From: a bacterium
GTDB lineage: Bacteria > Armatimonadota > Zipacnadia > Zipacnadales > Zipacnadaceae
Direction of reading: 5' to 3'
Assembly: GCA_030615605.1 (NCBI GenBank)
Contig: JAUWYY010000011.1
Coordinates: 3,037 to 67,036, forward strand
Length of the DNA stretch: 64,000 nucleotides
A program made the translations under genes and the position numbers. This document shows positions 56,284 through 64,000 of the stretch, in pieces (position 1 is the first letter of the stretch; every line of letters starts with the position of its first letter). Below the pieces are notes generated by a model. The model had not been told where the DNA came from. It saw nothing but the letters and a program-made list of their open reading frames with translations, and made no database searches.

Positions 56284-57018
56284 ATGCGCTACGCAATCAT
56301 CTCTGACATCCACGGCAATCTACCTGCGCTGCAGCGGGTTCTGGCAGAGCTGGTAGAAGCTGACATTGACAGACACCTCTGTTTGGGTGACATTGTCGGC
56401 TACGGTGCGCAGCCCAACGAATGCTGCCAGGCCATCCAGGAGCTGGAGGTGGTATGCCTCCGCGGCAACCACGAACAGGGCGTCCTGCAGCCTGACTTCG
56501 AGCAATGGTTCAATGCAGCAGCGCGGGCCTGTCTGGTGTGGACGCGCACTCAATTGACTGCCGAGAATCGTGCTTTCCTCGAGGCTTTGGAGGAAACCGC
56601 CCAGGTTGGTAACATCACGATCTGCCACGGGTCAATACCCGACCCAAACTTCTATATTACCTCGTCGCAGGAAGCGCTGCCCAGCCTCCAGGTGATGGCG
56701 GGGACTGTAGGCTTCTTTGGTCATACTCACAGCGCCGAATATTTCGTTCAGCGCCAAGTGGGTGAGCTTCCTGAGCATCGGCCATCCCCAGCAGGCGGGA
56801 TCTGTTTAGTGGAGTCGGGATGTAAATACCTGATAAATCCCGGGGCGGTCGGCCAGCCTCGTGATGGCAATCCTCAGGCTGCTTACGCCATCTACGATGA
56901 GGAAAGCGGCCAGATCGAGCTGCGCCGGGTGGACTACGATATCGCAGCGGCCCAGCAGAAAATGATTGACGCTGGCCTACCCCCCAGCATGTCACTGCGC
57001 TTGAGCCAGGGAATCTGA
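56284..57018 (+). CDS. Metallophosphoesterase (YfcE/MJ0936-like)
   Basis: It has MRYAIISDIHGN, GDIVGYG, GNHE and GHTH. I prefer the ATG at 56284 over the track start at 56170. Confidence 0.8.
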   Translation: MRYAIISDIHGNLPALQRVLAELVEADIDRHLCLGDIVGYGAQPNECCQAIQELEVVCLRGNHEQGVLQPDFEQWFNAAARACLVWTRTQLTAENRAFLEALEETAQVGNITICHGSIPDPNFYITSSQEALPSLQVMAGTVGFFGHTHSAEYFVQRQVGELPEHRPSPAGGICLVESGCKYLINPGAVGQPRDGNPQAAYAIYDEESGQIELRRVDYDIAAAQQKMIDAGLPPSMSLRLSQGI

Positions 57019-57122
57019 TTGCCGCTCGCTGTAATCTGACTGGCAAGGTTATTGCTTTCTTGCCCTTTGGAGTATAATAAGGATAGCAGGGCTATCAGTT
57101 AGCTGAGTGGAGGCAGGCGGAT

Positions 57123-57368
57123 ATGCCCCTGGAAGATAAAAGGACGCGGCGATTAGTCGAACGGGAGATCTCCAAGCATCACGTTGATAACACTCTGCTG
57201 CGCGTACTGTGCATAAACGAGATCATCTACCTGGATGGTGTGGTCAGCAAAATCCGAGGCCCGGCCGGGCGCGGGGTGAATCTGGAGATGGAAATGGCCA
57301 AGGTAGTCGAGGCTATTGAACGCATGAGAGGCGTAAGAGATGTCGTGGAAGGCTACCGCATCGGATAG
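57123..57368 (+). CDS. Small BON-like domain protein
   Basis: 81 aa. The pattern IIYLDGVVSK...AKVVEAIERMRGVRDVV resembles a BON domain. Confidence 0.4.
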   Translation: MPLEDKRTRRLVEREISKHHVDNTLLRVLCINEIIYLDGVVSKIRGPAGRGVNLEMEMAKVVEAIERMRGVRDVVEGYRIG

Positions 57369-57464
57369 ATTGAATTCTTAGCTGCCTGCCAGTGACCGCG
57401 CTATAACCGATGTCCGAATGCCCATCGTGGCGCACCAGTACAGTCCATTGACGCACCATCCTCG

Positions 57465-57494
57465 TTGTCAGCATTCTCCGGTGTGTGCTATAAT
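57465..57494 (+). promoter_or_regulatory. Promoter with extended -10 (TTGTCA-18 nt-TGcTATAAT) for the LptD-like gene
   Basis: TTGTCA lies at 57465-57470 and TGCTATAAT at 57486-57494. Confidence 0.5.
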
Positions 57495-57552
57495 CCCTAC
57501 CAGTTGATCTTATCGTCACCAATCAGTCCCCTGCCAATGGCTGCGAGGCCTT

Positions 57553-59103
57553 ATGCGTCAAGCGCTAGTTATCTTCACAATTCTGGCTGTAGCTGCCAAC
57601 AGCGCCTGCGCCGAAGAAGCTGCTGCTGCTGCTCCCCGCTTGATAGTGACCGTAGATGCCGGGGAAGGAGTCTTGCGGTACCAGTGGGATCGGCAACTGC
57701 TCGAAGCTGACCAGGGCGTGCAGATTCGCCTCCAGGTAGAGGGCCGGCCCGAGCAGACCGTGCTAATCCGCGCCCAGCAGGTGGCCGGTTCGCTTAAGTC
57801 GGGCAAGCTGACCGCTCGGGAAGGGGTGACGGTAGGCACACCCCAGGGGGTATTGACCGGCAGTTACCTTTCGTTTAACGCCGAGACTGACGAGTTTTCC
57901 CTGAGAGAGGCCCAGGCAGCAGTTGACCTAAGCCCAGAGCAATCCGGCTCGCTGCTGGGGTATGCCTTTGGCGAGGAGATAGGCCGCCGCGGTGAAGTTG
58001 TCTATGTCCTGCGTGGGAAGATAACTACCTCCGACCGCCGGAGCCCGGAATATAGCCTGACCGCCAGGCTCATTGAGTATTACCCCGCGGCCAATCGCTT
58101 CAAAATCAAGGGGGCGGCAGTCAAGCTCTACGGGGTGCGCATCCCGCTGGTGCCCAGTTTCTCCTTCACGGTCGGCGGCGAAGCAAAAGAGGCACCCTCA
58201 CTTATTCCCGTCCCCAGTTACTCCAGCCGGGACAAACTCTTCCTGCCATACCGGCTTAGCTTCTCTGGCCCGCAGGCAGACCTGCAAAGTAGCCTGACCA
58301 TCAAATTGACGCAACGCCGCGGCATCCGCGCCCATTCACAAAACGTCTATACCGGCGCTAACTGGCGAGCAGAGGGAATAGTCAGGCAGACCGAAGACCA
58401 CTATACGGAACTGGGCGACCGCCTCATCCTGGACCGCCGGCCCCAACTGCAATACACGAAGTTCTCTGCGAATCCCGACCAGGAGAGCGGCTGGGCCGGA
58501 TCCGTAACCTTGGCCAACCTCATCGAAGACCTGAAGGAAGACGACGACGATCCCAGCCCTCGCCCCACCGTGCGCGAACAGAATCTCCAGCTAGGTCTGC
58601 GCTACGACTCGCGCAGCAGCCCGGCAGATACAGAGGAGGGCGAATGGTATTCGCTGGACGGACGACAAAGCTTTTACAGCACCGGTGACGACTACCGTGA
58701 TTTGGCTCTGACGGCAGGAGCAAGCCGCCAAATCAGCAAGAACCTCAAGGGGTCATTGAGTTTGACTCACCATATCACCGGTGGGCGGACGCCCTTCCTC
58801 TACGATAGAGTTGAGGTACGCACTGAATTGCGACCTGATATTGATCTGCGGATGTCACCAAAGTGGTCGGTGCAAGCCCACGGTCGCTACGACGTGGGCA
58901 GGGGCAAGCTGTATGACTACGAAGTGGAGTTGCGCCGCCGCGCCCATGCGCTGACCTGGGCACTGCGCTATCGGTTCATCGGCAACAGCCTGGGCATCGG
59001 GCTTTACATCACCGGTTTGACTGGTGACACCGAGCCGTATGACCAGAGCCACCCGCTAAACGATCTGTTCGACGAAATGCAGCGGGAGCTGGGGAGCCAA
59101 TAG
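57553..59103 (+). CDS. LptD/OstA-like outer-membrane protein
   Basis: A signal peptide MRQALVIFTILAVAANSACA is followed by an OstA-like N-terminal beta-jellyroll segment. ITTSDRRSPEYSLTARLIEYY...VKLYGVRIPLVPSF resembles the LptD core. The C-terminal half is beta-rich. At 516 aa the protein is short for LptD. Confidence 0.5.
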   Translation: MRQALVIFTILAVAANSACAEEAAAAAPRLIVTVDAGEGVLRYQWDRQLLEADQGVQIRLQVEGRPEQTVLIRAQQVAGSLKSGKLTAREGVTVGTPQGVLTGSYLSFNAETDEFSLREAQAAVDLSPEQSGSLLGYAFGEEIGRRGEVVYVLRGKITTSDRRSPEYSLTARLIEYYPAANRFKIKGAAVKLYGVRIPLVPSFSFTVGGEAKEAPSLIPVPSYSSRDKLFLPYRLSFSGPQADLQSSLTIKLTQRRGIRAHSQNVYTGANWRAEGIVRQTEDHYTELGDRLILDRRPQLQYTKFSANPDQESGWAGSVTLANLIEDLKEDDDDPSPRPTVREQNLQLGLRYDSRSSPADTEEGEWYSLDGRQSFYSTGDDYRDLALTAGASRQISKNLKGSLSLTHHITGGRTPFLYDRVEVRTELRPDIDLRMSPKWSVQAHGRYDVGRGKLYDYEVELRRRAHALTWALRYRFIGNSLGIGLYITGLTGDTEPYDQSHPLNDLFDEMQRELGSQ

Positions 59104-59226
59104 TATGGGCAGCGCGCCGACGACGTGGAGGTCTTGCCTGAAGTGCTACGCAAGAAAAACACATGACATGGAGCATTACTAGCGAAGGGGGGATCTGGAT
59201 GGCACCTAGGCGCATTTGTTTGGGTA

Positions 59227-59592
59227 TTGGTGGGTTTTCTGTGCGTAGCCTACCTACTAAGCCAGCTTCTGGCGGCTACTTCGGAGGTACGTTCTCTACG
59301 TAAAAAACTGTATCTAACGCGAGTGATTGCCGTTGGCCGGGTAAGATCGGATATAGTGCGTTGGATGGGGGAGCCCAACTATACAATTAAGAATGCTCGA
59401 ATGGCAGATGGCCGGGTGGTAGACATGATGGTCTATAGGAGTAATCTCAACAAAATGAACGATCGAGAAGACATTTGGATAGCGGTGGACGACAATAACC
59501 GTGTTGAAGCTGTATATTACCCGGACTTCCCGCAGGATAGAGCGATTGTTAATAGTCAGATTAGCACTAAGGAATACGGTATAGAGTGGTGA
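59227..59592 (+). CDS. Small membrane-anchored hypothetical protein (BamE/SmpA-like look)
   Basis: 121 aa from a TTG start, with a hydrophobic N-terminus. RSDIVRWMGEPNYT...IWIAVDDNNRVEAVYY resembles the SmpA_OmlA fold pattern. The gene lies in low-GC sequence. Confidence 0.4.
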   Translation: MVGFLCVAYLLSQLLAATSEVRSLRKKLYLTRVIAVGRVRSDIVRWMGEPNYTIKNARMADGRVVDMMVYRSNLNKMNDREDIWIAVDDNNRVEAVYYPDFPQDRAIVNSQISTKEYGIEW

Positions 59593-59758
59593 GCCGAGAA
59601 CAATACTCCATACGGTGATGTGGTCGCTCATTGGGGATGCCCAGGGCTCAACTTTGGCTTCGACCGGCTCAAGACGCTGACTAATCCTAATAGTGAAGTC
59701 ACCACCTGGACGCACACCAATATCGGGCTGCTGTGGCACACAAAAGGTTGTGCGCAGA

Positions 59759-60271
59759 ATGCAAGACAGGGGTTTTTTGCGAACATCATTGCGCCTGGTG
59801 GGATATCTAATCCTGGATACAGGCATTGGCGCTCTCACAGGTGTGGCAACAAGTATTGTTCTCCTTAACATCCTCACCGTACTCGGCTGCCTCAAATGGG
59901 GCGAACCGATACGCTTTGAAGTGATCCCCTCGTTGTGCTTTGTGCTCGCCCCTATTGCAGGAGCGGCTGGGGGGCTGTGGGCAGCGCTTCTGTGGCCGAT
60001 GTTCCCCATGACGCAATTCGCCAGGGGTTGGCCCCAGGTCCTGGCAATGTCGCGGCGGGTGGTAGGGGGAACTGTGTTCGGGCTCATCGCAGGCGTTGCG
60101 GACGTTTTTGTGGAGTATTATCCTGCTATGGTCCAAGCAGGCACAAGTATTCGAACGAATGACGTATGGCTCCCGGCGATGGTAGGGGGTGTCGTATTTC
60201 CGGCAGGGATTCTGGCTGGCATTGCTACATGTATTGTTGTGACCATCCAAATGAAACGGAAGCCGCTGTGA
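59759..60271 (+). CDS. Hypothetical 4-5 TM membrane protein
   Basis: I prefer the ATG at 59759 over the track start at 59693. The sequence has Gly/Ala-rich TM segments. I recognise no family. Confidence 0.4.
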   Translation: MQDRGFLRTSLRLVGYLILDTGIGALTGVATSIVLLNILTVLGCLKWGEPIRFEVIPSLCFVLAPIAGAAGGLWAALLWPMFPMTQFARGWPQVLAMSRRVVGGTVFGLIAGVADVFVEYYPAMVQAGTSIRTNDVWLPAMVGGVVFPAGILAGIATCIVVTIQMKRKPL

Positions 60272-60298
60272 TTGGCACAAGAGCACGGTTGTGAAACA

Positions 60299-60478
60299 GA
60301 GTGGCGCGGCAATCGGCTGACGCTGATCACTGATCCCAGCAGTAACCTGACGACCAACACCTACGACAACAACGGTAACCTGACCGTCAGCAATGCCAAC
60401 GGGACAGTGACCACTAACACCTGGACTTATGAGAATCGGCTGCGAACGGTGACGCTGTCAGGCGGGGCGGTGAGCACA
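60299..60478 (+). pseudogene. RHS/YD-repeat core fragment (remnant)
   Basis: The translation EWRGNRLTLITDPSSNLTTNTYDNNGNLTVSNANGTVTTNTWTYENRLRTVT shows YD-repeat periodicity. It has no N-terminal PAAR/VgrG-binding part, no PxxxxDPxGL core end and no toxin tip. The reading frame runs into the antisense of the glmS 3' end. Confidence 0.55.
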
Positions 60479-60567
60479 GGCCCGGGCCTGAAACGACAGG
60501 CTGCCCCAGCAGTGCTTGCTTCTGCTGAGGCAGCATTCACATTGAATCAAGTTGTCGCTGCGCTCCC

Positions 60568-62397
60568 CTACTCGACCGTGACCGTCTTGGCCAGGTTGCG
60601 GGGCTGGTCAATGTGCTCGCCGCGCAGGTCGGCAATATGATAGGCCAGCAGTTGCAGCGGGATGACGATGGTAATCGGCGAGACCAGCTCGGGGCAGGGC
60701 GGGACCCAGATCATATCATCGCACTCATCACCAATGACATCATCGCCGTCGTTGGCCACGCCGATGACTGGACCTGACCGGGCCTTGATCTCCTGCATGT
60801 TACCAATCATCTTCTCGTAGACCTCACCGGCAACGGCAATGGCCACGGTGAACAGATCGGGTTCGACCAGAGCGATAGGCCCGTGCTTCATCTCGCCGGC
60901 CGAGTAGCCCTCGGCGTGGACGTAGGAGATCTCCTTGAGCTTGAGCGCGCCCTCCATTGCTGAAGGCAGGTTGATGCCGCGGCCCAGGAACAGGGAATTG
61001 GGCATCTGGCAGTAGTGCTGGGCCACTGCATTGACATCTTCTTCGCGGTCCAGCAGCTCCTGGGACTGCTGCGGCACCGCCAGCAGCGCCTCCTTCAGCG
61101 AGCGTATGGTGGCGGGGTCGGCGGTCCCGCGCACCTCGGCAAAGTGCAGGGCGATCATCTCCATCGTCAGCACCTGCAGGCTGTAGGCCTTCGTCGAGGC
61201 AACCCCGATCTCCGGCCCGGCCTGGATGTAGACGACACCATCGGATTCGCGGGCAATTGAGCTGTCCACCACATTGAGGACGGACACAACTCTCGCGCCC
61301 TTTTCCTTAAGGTCACGCAACGCCACCAGCGTGTCGGCCGTCTCACCACTTTGGGAGACGACAATGGCCAGGGTATTGTCCAGCACCACCGGATCACGCG
61401 CCCGCAGCTCGGCAGCCAGCTCAACCTCGGCGGGCACCCGCGCCAGATTCTCCATCACAAAGCGGCCCACCATTCCGGCGTGATAGGCGGTGCCGCAGGC
61501 AGTGAACACCACCTTGCGCAGGTCCTTGATCTCCTGGGTGGTCATCTGCAGACCTTCGAGGACAAGAGGAGCCTCCGGGGAAGAGAGTCGGCCGGCCAGG
61601 CAGGAGTGCATCGCGTCAGGCTGCTCGTGAATCTCCTTGTGCATGAAATGCTTATGGCCAGCCTTCTGTGCTGCTTCCGCTGGCCAGGGAATCTCGAAGA
61701 CCTCTCGGTCGATAGGATTCAGCGCCAGGTCGCTTAGTTCAACTTCGTCGCGGGTAATCAGCGCTAGCTCATCATCGTCGATGATATATACTTTGTCGGT
61801 CTCCTGGCGAATGGCGCCCATGTCCGAGGCAATGTAGTTCTCTCCATCGCCCAGGCCGACTACCAGCGGCGAGAAGCGCCGCACTGCCACCAGTTCATCG
61901 GGGCTATCGGCACAGATGACGCCAAAGGCAAACGCCCCTTTCAGGTCGCCGACCGCCCGGCGGACCGCCTCGCGCAAGTCGCCTTCATAGTACTTCTCGA
62001 CCAGATGCGGCATAACTTCGGTGTCGGTCTCGGAGACAAACTCGTAGCCTTCAGCAGTAAGCTGCTGGCGAAGCTGGCCGTAGTTTTCGATGATACCATT
62101 GTGTACCACCGCGATACGCCCGTTAGTGCTGATGTGGGGATGCGAGTTAGTCTTGGAGGGTTTCCCGTGGGTGGCCCAGCGCGTATGCCCGATGCCCGGA
62201 GCGCCCACAAGTGGCTCCTGCTGGAGCACCTCTTCCAGGTTTACCAGCTTGCCGACTACTTTGCGGAGGTGAAGTTCCCCCTCGTCCACTACGGCAATAC
62301 CGGCAGAGTCATACCCCCGGTATTCCAGCCTTTTCAGACCTACTAAACAAATGTCGGCCGCATCACGCGACCCAATATAACCTACTATGCCACACAT
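60568..62397 (-). CDS. glmS: Glutamine--fructose-6-phosphate aminotransferase
   Basis: MCGIVGYIGS gives the Ntn Cys2. SIS domains are present and the C-terminus is ...NLAKTVTVE. The ATG at 62395-62397 is preceded by AAAGGAG, so the 37-aa extension in the track ORF is rejected. Confidence 0.95.
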   Translation of the reverse strand: MCGIVGYIGSRDAADICLVGLKRLEYRGYDSAGIAVVDEGELHLRKVVGKLVNLEEVLQQEPLVGAPGIGHTRWATHGKPSKTNSHPHISTNGRIAVVHNGIIENYGQLRQQLTAEGYEFVSETDTEVMPHLVEKYYEGDLREAVRRAVGDLKGAFAFGVICADSPDELVAVRRFSPLVVGLGDGENYIASDMGAIRQETDKVYIIDDDELALITRDEVELSDLALNPIDREVFEIPWPAEAAQKAGHKHFMHKEIHEQPDAMHSCLAGRLSSPEAPLVLEGLQMTTQEIKDLRKVVFTACGTAYHAGMVGRFVMENLARVPAEVELAAELRARDPVVLDNTLAIVVSQSGETADTLVALRDLKEKGARVVSVLNVVDSSIARESDGVVYIQAGPEIGVASTKAYSLQVLTMEMIALHFAEVRGTADPATIRSLKEALLAVPQQSQELLDREEDVNAVAQHYCQMPNSLFLGRGINLPSAMEGALKLKEISYVHAEGYSAGEMKHGPIALVEPDLFTVAIAVAGEVYEKMIGNMQEIKARSGPVIGVANDGDDVIGDECDDMIWVPPCPELVSPITIVIPLQLLAYHIADLRGEHIDQPRNLAKTVTVE

Positions 62398-62423
62398 TCT
62401 GTATGCTCCTTTGCTGTTTCTAC

Positions 62424-63326
62424 TTACTCTAAACCGAGAAGTTTCACGGCGTTCTCTCTGGCAACCTTGTTGAAGACTCCCTCGCTGATTTTCTTCGTGT
62501 CGCGCCATTCGCGGAGGAGGTCCACCATGGGGAAGGACATCTCGAAGGAGCAGATGTCCGTGCCGAAGAGGAGGCGGTCCTGGAACTCGTCCAGGAACTT
62601 GGGGCCATACTCGGGATCACGGGCCAACGCGTTCCAGGGGGACGGGTCGGACAGGTCACCATACAGGTTGGGATACCTGCGGAAGAGCTTGGGCACGACG
62701 CCCTCCTCCTCGATCGGACCAGTCGGGTGCCGCCCTACCTGGCCGCCGCTGGGGCCGAACACGAAGCTCCTGTCAGCCGGGGTCTCCAACCGGCCGATCT
62801 CCGCCCAGAACACCGGGCCGTGGCCGAGCATGATGAGTTCCGGGAACCTCTGCAGGGTGTGCTCCAGTTGTGGCAACCCGGGGTCGTCGTACAGTCCGAA
62901 ATCGCCGCCGACCTGATCCGAGCCGTCGAATATCACCGGAAAGCCCACATCCTGCGCGTGTTTGAACAGGTTCTGGACCATGGGGTCCATGACCGGCACA
63001 TTCAGCATCACCTCGCCGAGGCCCTTGCATCCCTGGTCGCGGTAGTACCGGAGTAGACGGTCCAGCGGCGCGTCGGCTGAGTTCGTCAGGGCGCGCGGGT
63101 CAATGTTGCAGAACGGGATGAACCGGTCGGGGTACTGCTCCGCCATATCAAGGATATCCTCGTTGTACTGGGGAAGATAGATCTCGGGACTGACGATGGG
63201 AAGCAGTGCCCCCCTCTCGATCCCGGCTTCGTTGTAGCACTCAATAACTTGCGCCGGGGTACAGAACTGAACCAATATGGGGGGGTGCTTCCGATATGCA
63301 TGGGCGTGAATGTCAATGAACATCAT
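62424..63326 (-). CDS. Amidohydrolase-2 / TIM-barrel metal-dependent hydrolase
   Basis: It has MMFIDIHAHAY and LFGTD. The length is 300 aa. It lies 26 nt upstream of glmS on the same strand. Confidence 0.75.
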   Translation of the reverse strand: MMFIDIHAHAYRKHPPILVQFCTPAQVIECYNEAGIERGALLPIVSPEIYLPQYNEDILDMAEQYPDRFIPFCNIDPRALTNSADAPLDRLLRYYRDQGCKGLGEVMLNVPVMDPMVQNLFKHAQDVGFPVIFDGSDQVGGDFGLYDDPGLPQLEHTLQRFPELIMLGHGPVFWAEIGRLETPADRSFVFGPSGGQVGRHPTGPIEEEGVVPKLFRRYPNLYGDLSDPSPWNALARDPEYGPKFLDEFQDRLLFGTDICSFEMSFPMVDLLREWRDTKKISEGVFNKVARENAVKLLGLE

Positions 63327-63457
63327 ATTTATTCTTTATCTTTGCTGTATTCGGCCAGCGAATGACCCGCGTCAGGCGCGGCTCGCTTCAGTACGTCGCC
63401 TGCACTCGATTGCTATGAAAGTCTTGCGTTGCCACGTTCAGTTGATAGACGGATTGC

Positions 63458-64000
63458 TTATCGGTAACGATCAGAGTCCTCTTCCCGCAGAATTCTTATC
63501 GCCGTGTCGACCAAAGACCTGCTGCTTGTTAGTCTCGTAACGGCTCCACCGATATTGCCGATTCTTACTAGCCCAAGGTCTTCAAGCTTCTTGCCCATCC
63601 GTCCGAAATCAAAAGGGGGCCACGAAGCATTACTGTCAGTTTTTCTGAGATAGTTTTCCAGAAGCAACACCTGTACATGGTGCAACATTGTACAGCAGCC
63701 GAAGTCAACTCCGATAAACATGTACTTGGCGTCCAACAAGCAAAGCTTATCCCAGAGGCTATTTTCTCCAAACGAACCATGGGCCGCCCACCTCGGCTGG
63801 TCGGCTGCCCACTCTCGCCCATGCGCCCTTTTGTGATCTTTCGTAATCTCTGAGGCGTACCGACCGACGGCGGTCACAGAATGAGAGGGGTTATCACTCC
63901 TTACGCTTCCCTGGCGCTTTCTCAGGGTCTCTGGTATGAGACCGGCAAACGTTGGCGTAGTTTGAATGTCCCACGCCTTTTTGATCGCCTCACGGCCCAT
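63458..64000 (-). CDS. Aminoglycoside N3-acetyltransferase (AAC(3)/Antibiotic_NAT family)-like protein; N-terminus probably beyond the window edge
   Basis: The pattern is PTFAGLIPETLRK..VRSDNPSHSVTAVGRYA...NSLWDKLCLLDAKYMFIGVDFGCCTMLHHV. Only about 15 aa precede PTF, whereas family members usually have 60 or more. The sequence is low GC. Confidence 0.7.
   Translation of the reverse strand: MGREAIKKAWDIQTTPTFAGLIPETLRKRQGSVRSDNPSHSVTAVGRYASEITKDHKRAHGREWAADQPRWAAHGSFGENSLWDKLCLLDAKYMFIGVDFGCCTMLHHVQVLLLENYLRKTDSNASWPPFDFGRMGKKLEDLGLVRIGNIGGAVTRLTSSRSLVDTAIRILREEDSDRYR

Noticed and set aside
60480-60600. I looked for Tn7-type right-end repeats or TnsB boxes next to the glmS stop.
   Set aside because: I recognised no TGT...ACA terminal motif and no repeated ~22-bp boxes. 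No tns genes are present. The hot-spot interpretation is therefore kept only as context in the islet finding.
62398-62423. I looked for a glmS ribozyme upstream of glmS.
   Set aside because: Only 26 nt separate the upstream amidohydrolase stop from the glmS ATG. Most of that space is taken by the AAAGGAG ribosome-binding site.
1-64000. I scanned the whole window for CRISPR arrays, rRNA genes, IS elements or transposases, reverse transcriptases and prophage genes.
   Set aside because: I saw no regularly spaced direct repeats. None of the ORF translations show transposase, integrase, RT, Cas, capsid or terminase motifs.

Overview
The window is about 64 kb of roughly 60% GC bacterial chromosome. 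Hand counts of individual 60-nt lines run about 70% GC in core genes and 43-52% in three small pockets. Coding density is high and most genes are housekeeping: rlmN, cysE, murJ, lepA, pyrC, carA, ribB, aspC, icd, mdh, rqcH, holB, tmk, pyrE, folC and glmS. The cell-envelope genes point to a diderm organism: an outer-membrane beta-barrel ending in W, an LptD-like protein, a PEP-CTERM protein, a prepilin-type H-X9-DG protein and a DUF5693-CsaB pair. That combination suggests an Armatimonadota- or Planctomycetota-like lineage, but this is a low-confidence guess. I found one tRNA (CAT anticodon) and no rRNA, CRISPR array, transposase or integrase. Five stretches are not ordinary. (1) 28250-32227 encodes a 1,325-aa SIR2-like / STAND NTPase / HEAT-TPR / PQQ beta-propeller protein directly downstream of the tRNA. 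Its SIR2-like module lacks the canonical catalytic Asn and His, and a TPR lipoprotein gene starts 1 nt after its stop codon. (2) 9736-11487 is a lower-GC two-gene cassette wedged between rlmN and an FAD oxidase gene: a SocA/Panacea-like domain fused to DUF488, plus an unclassifiable 265-aa protein. (3) 1-7788 is a co-directional block of outer-membrane barrel, orphan ketoacyl synthase and three chained sensor kinases, the middle one with a degenerate ATP-binding domain. (4) 59104-60567 is a low-GC islet at the 3' end of glmS carrying an RHS/YD-repeat remnant. (5) The right edge carries a low-GC AAC(3)-like acetyltransferase fragment. All domain calls come from motif recognition by eye, and no searches were run.
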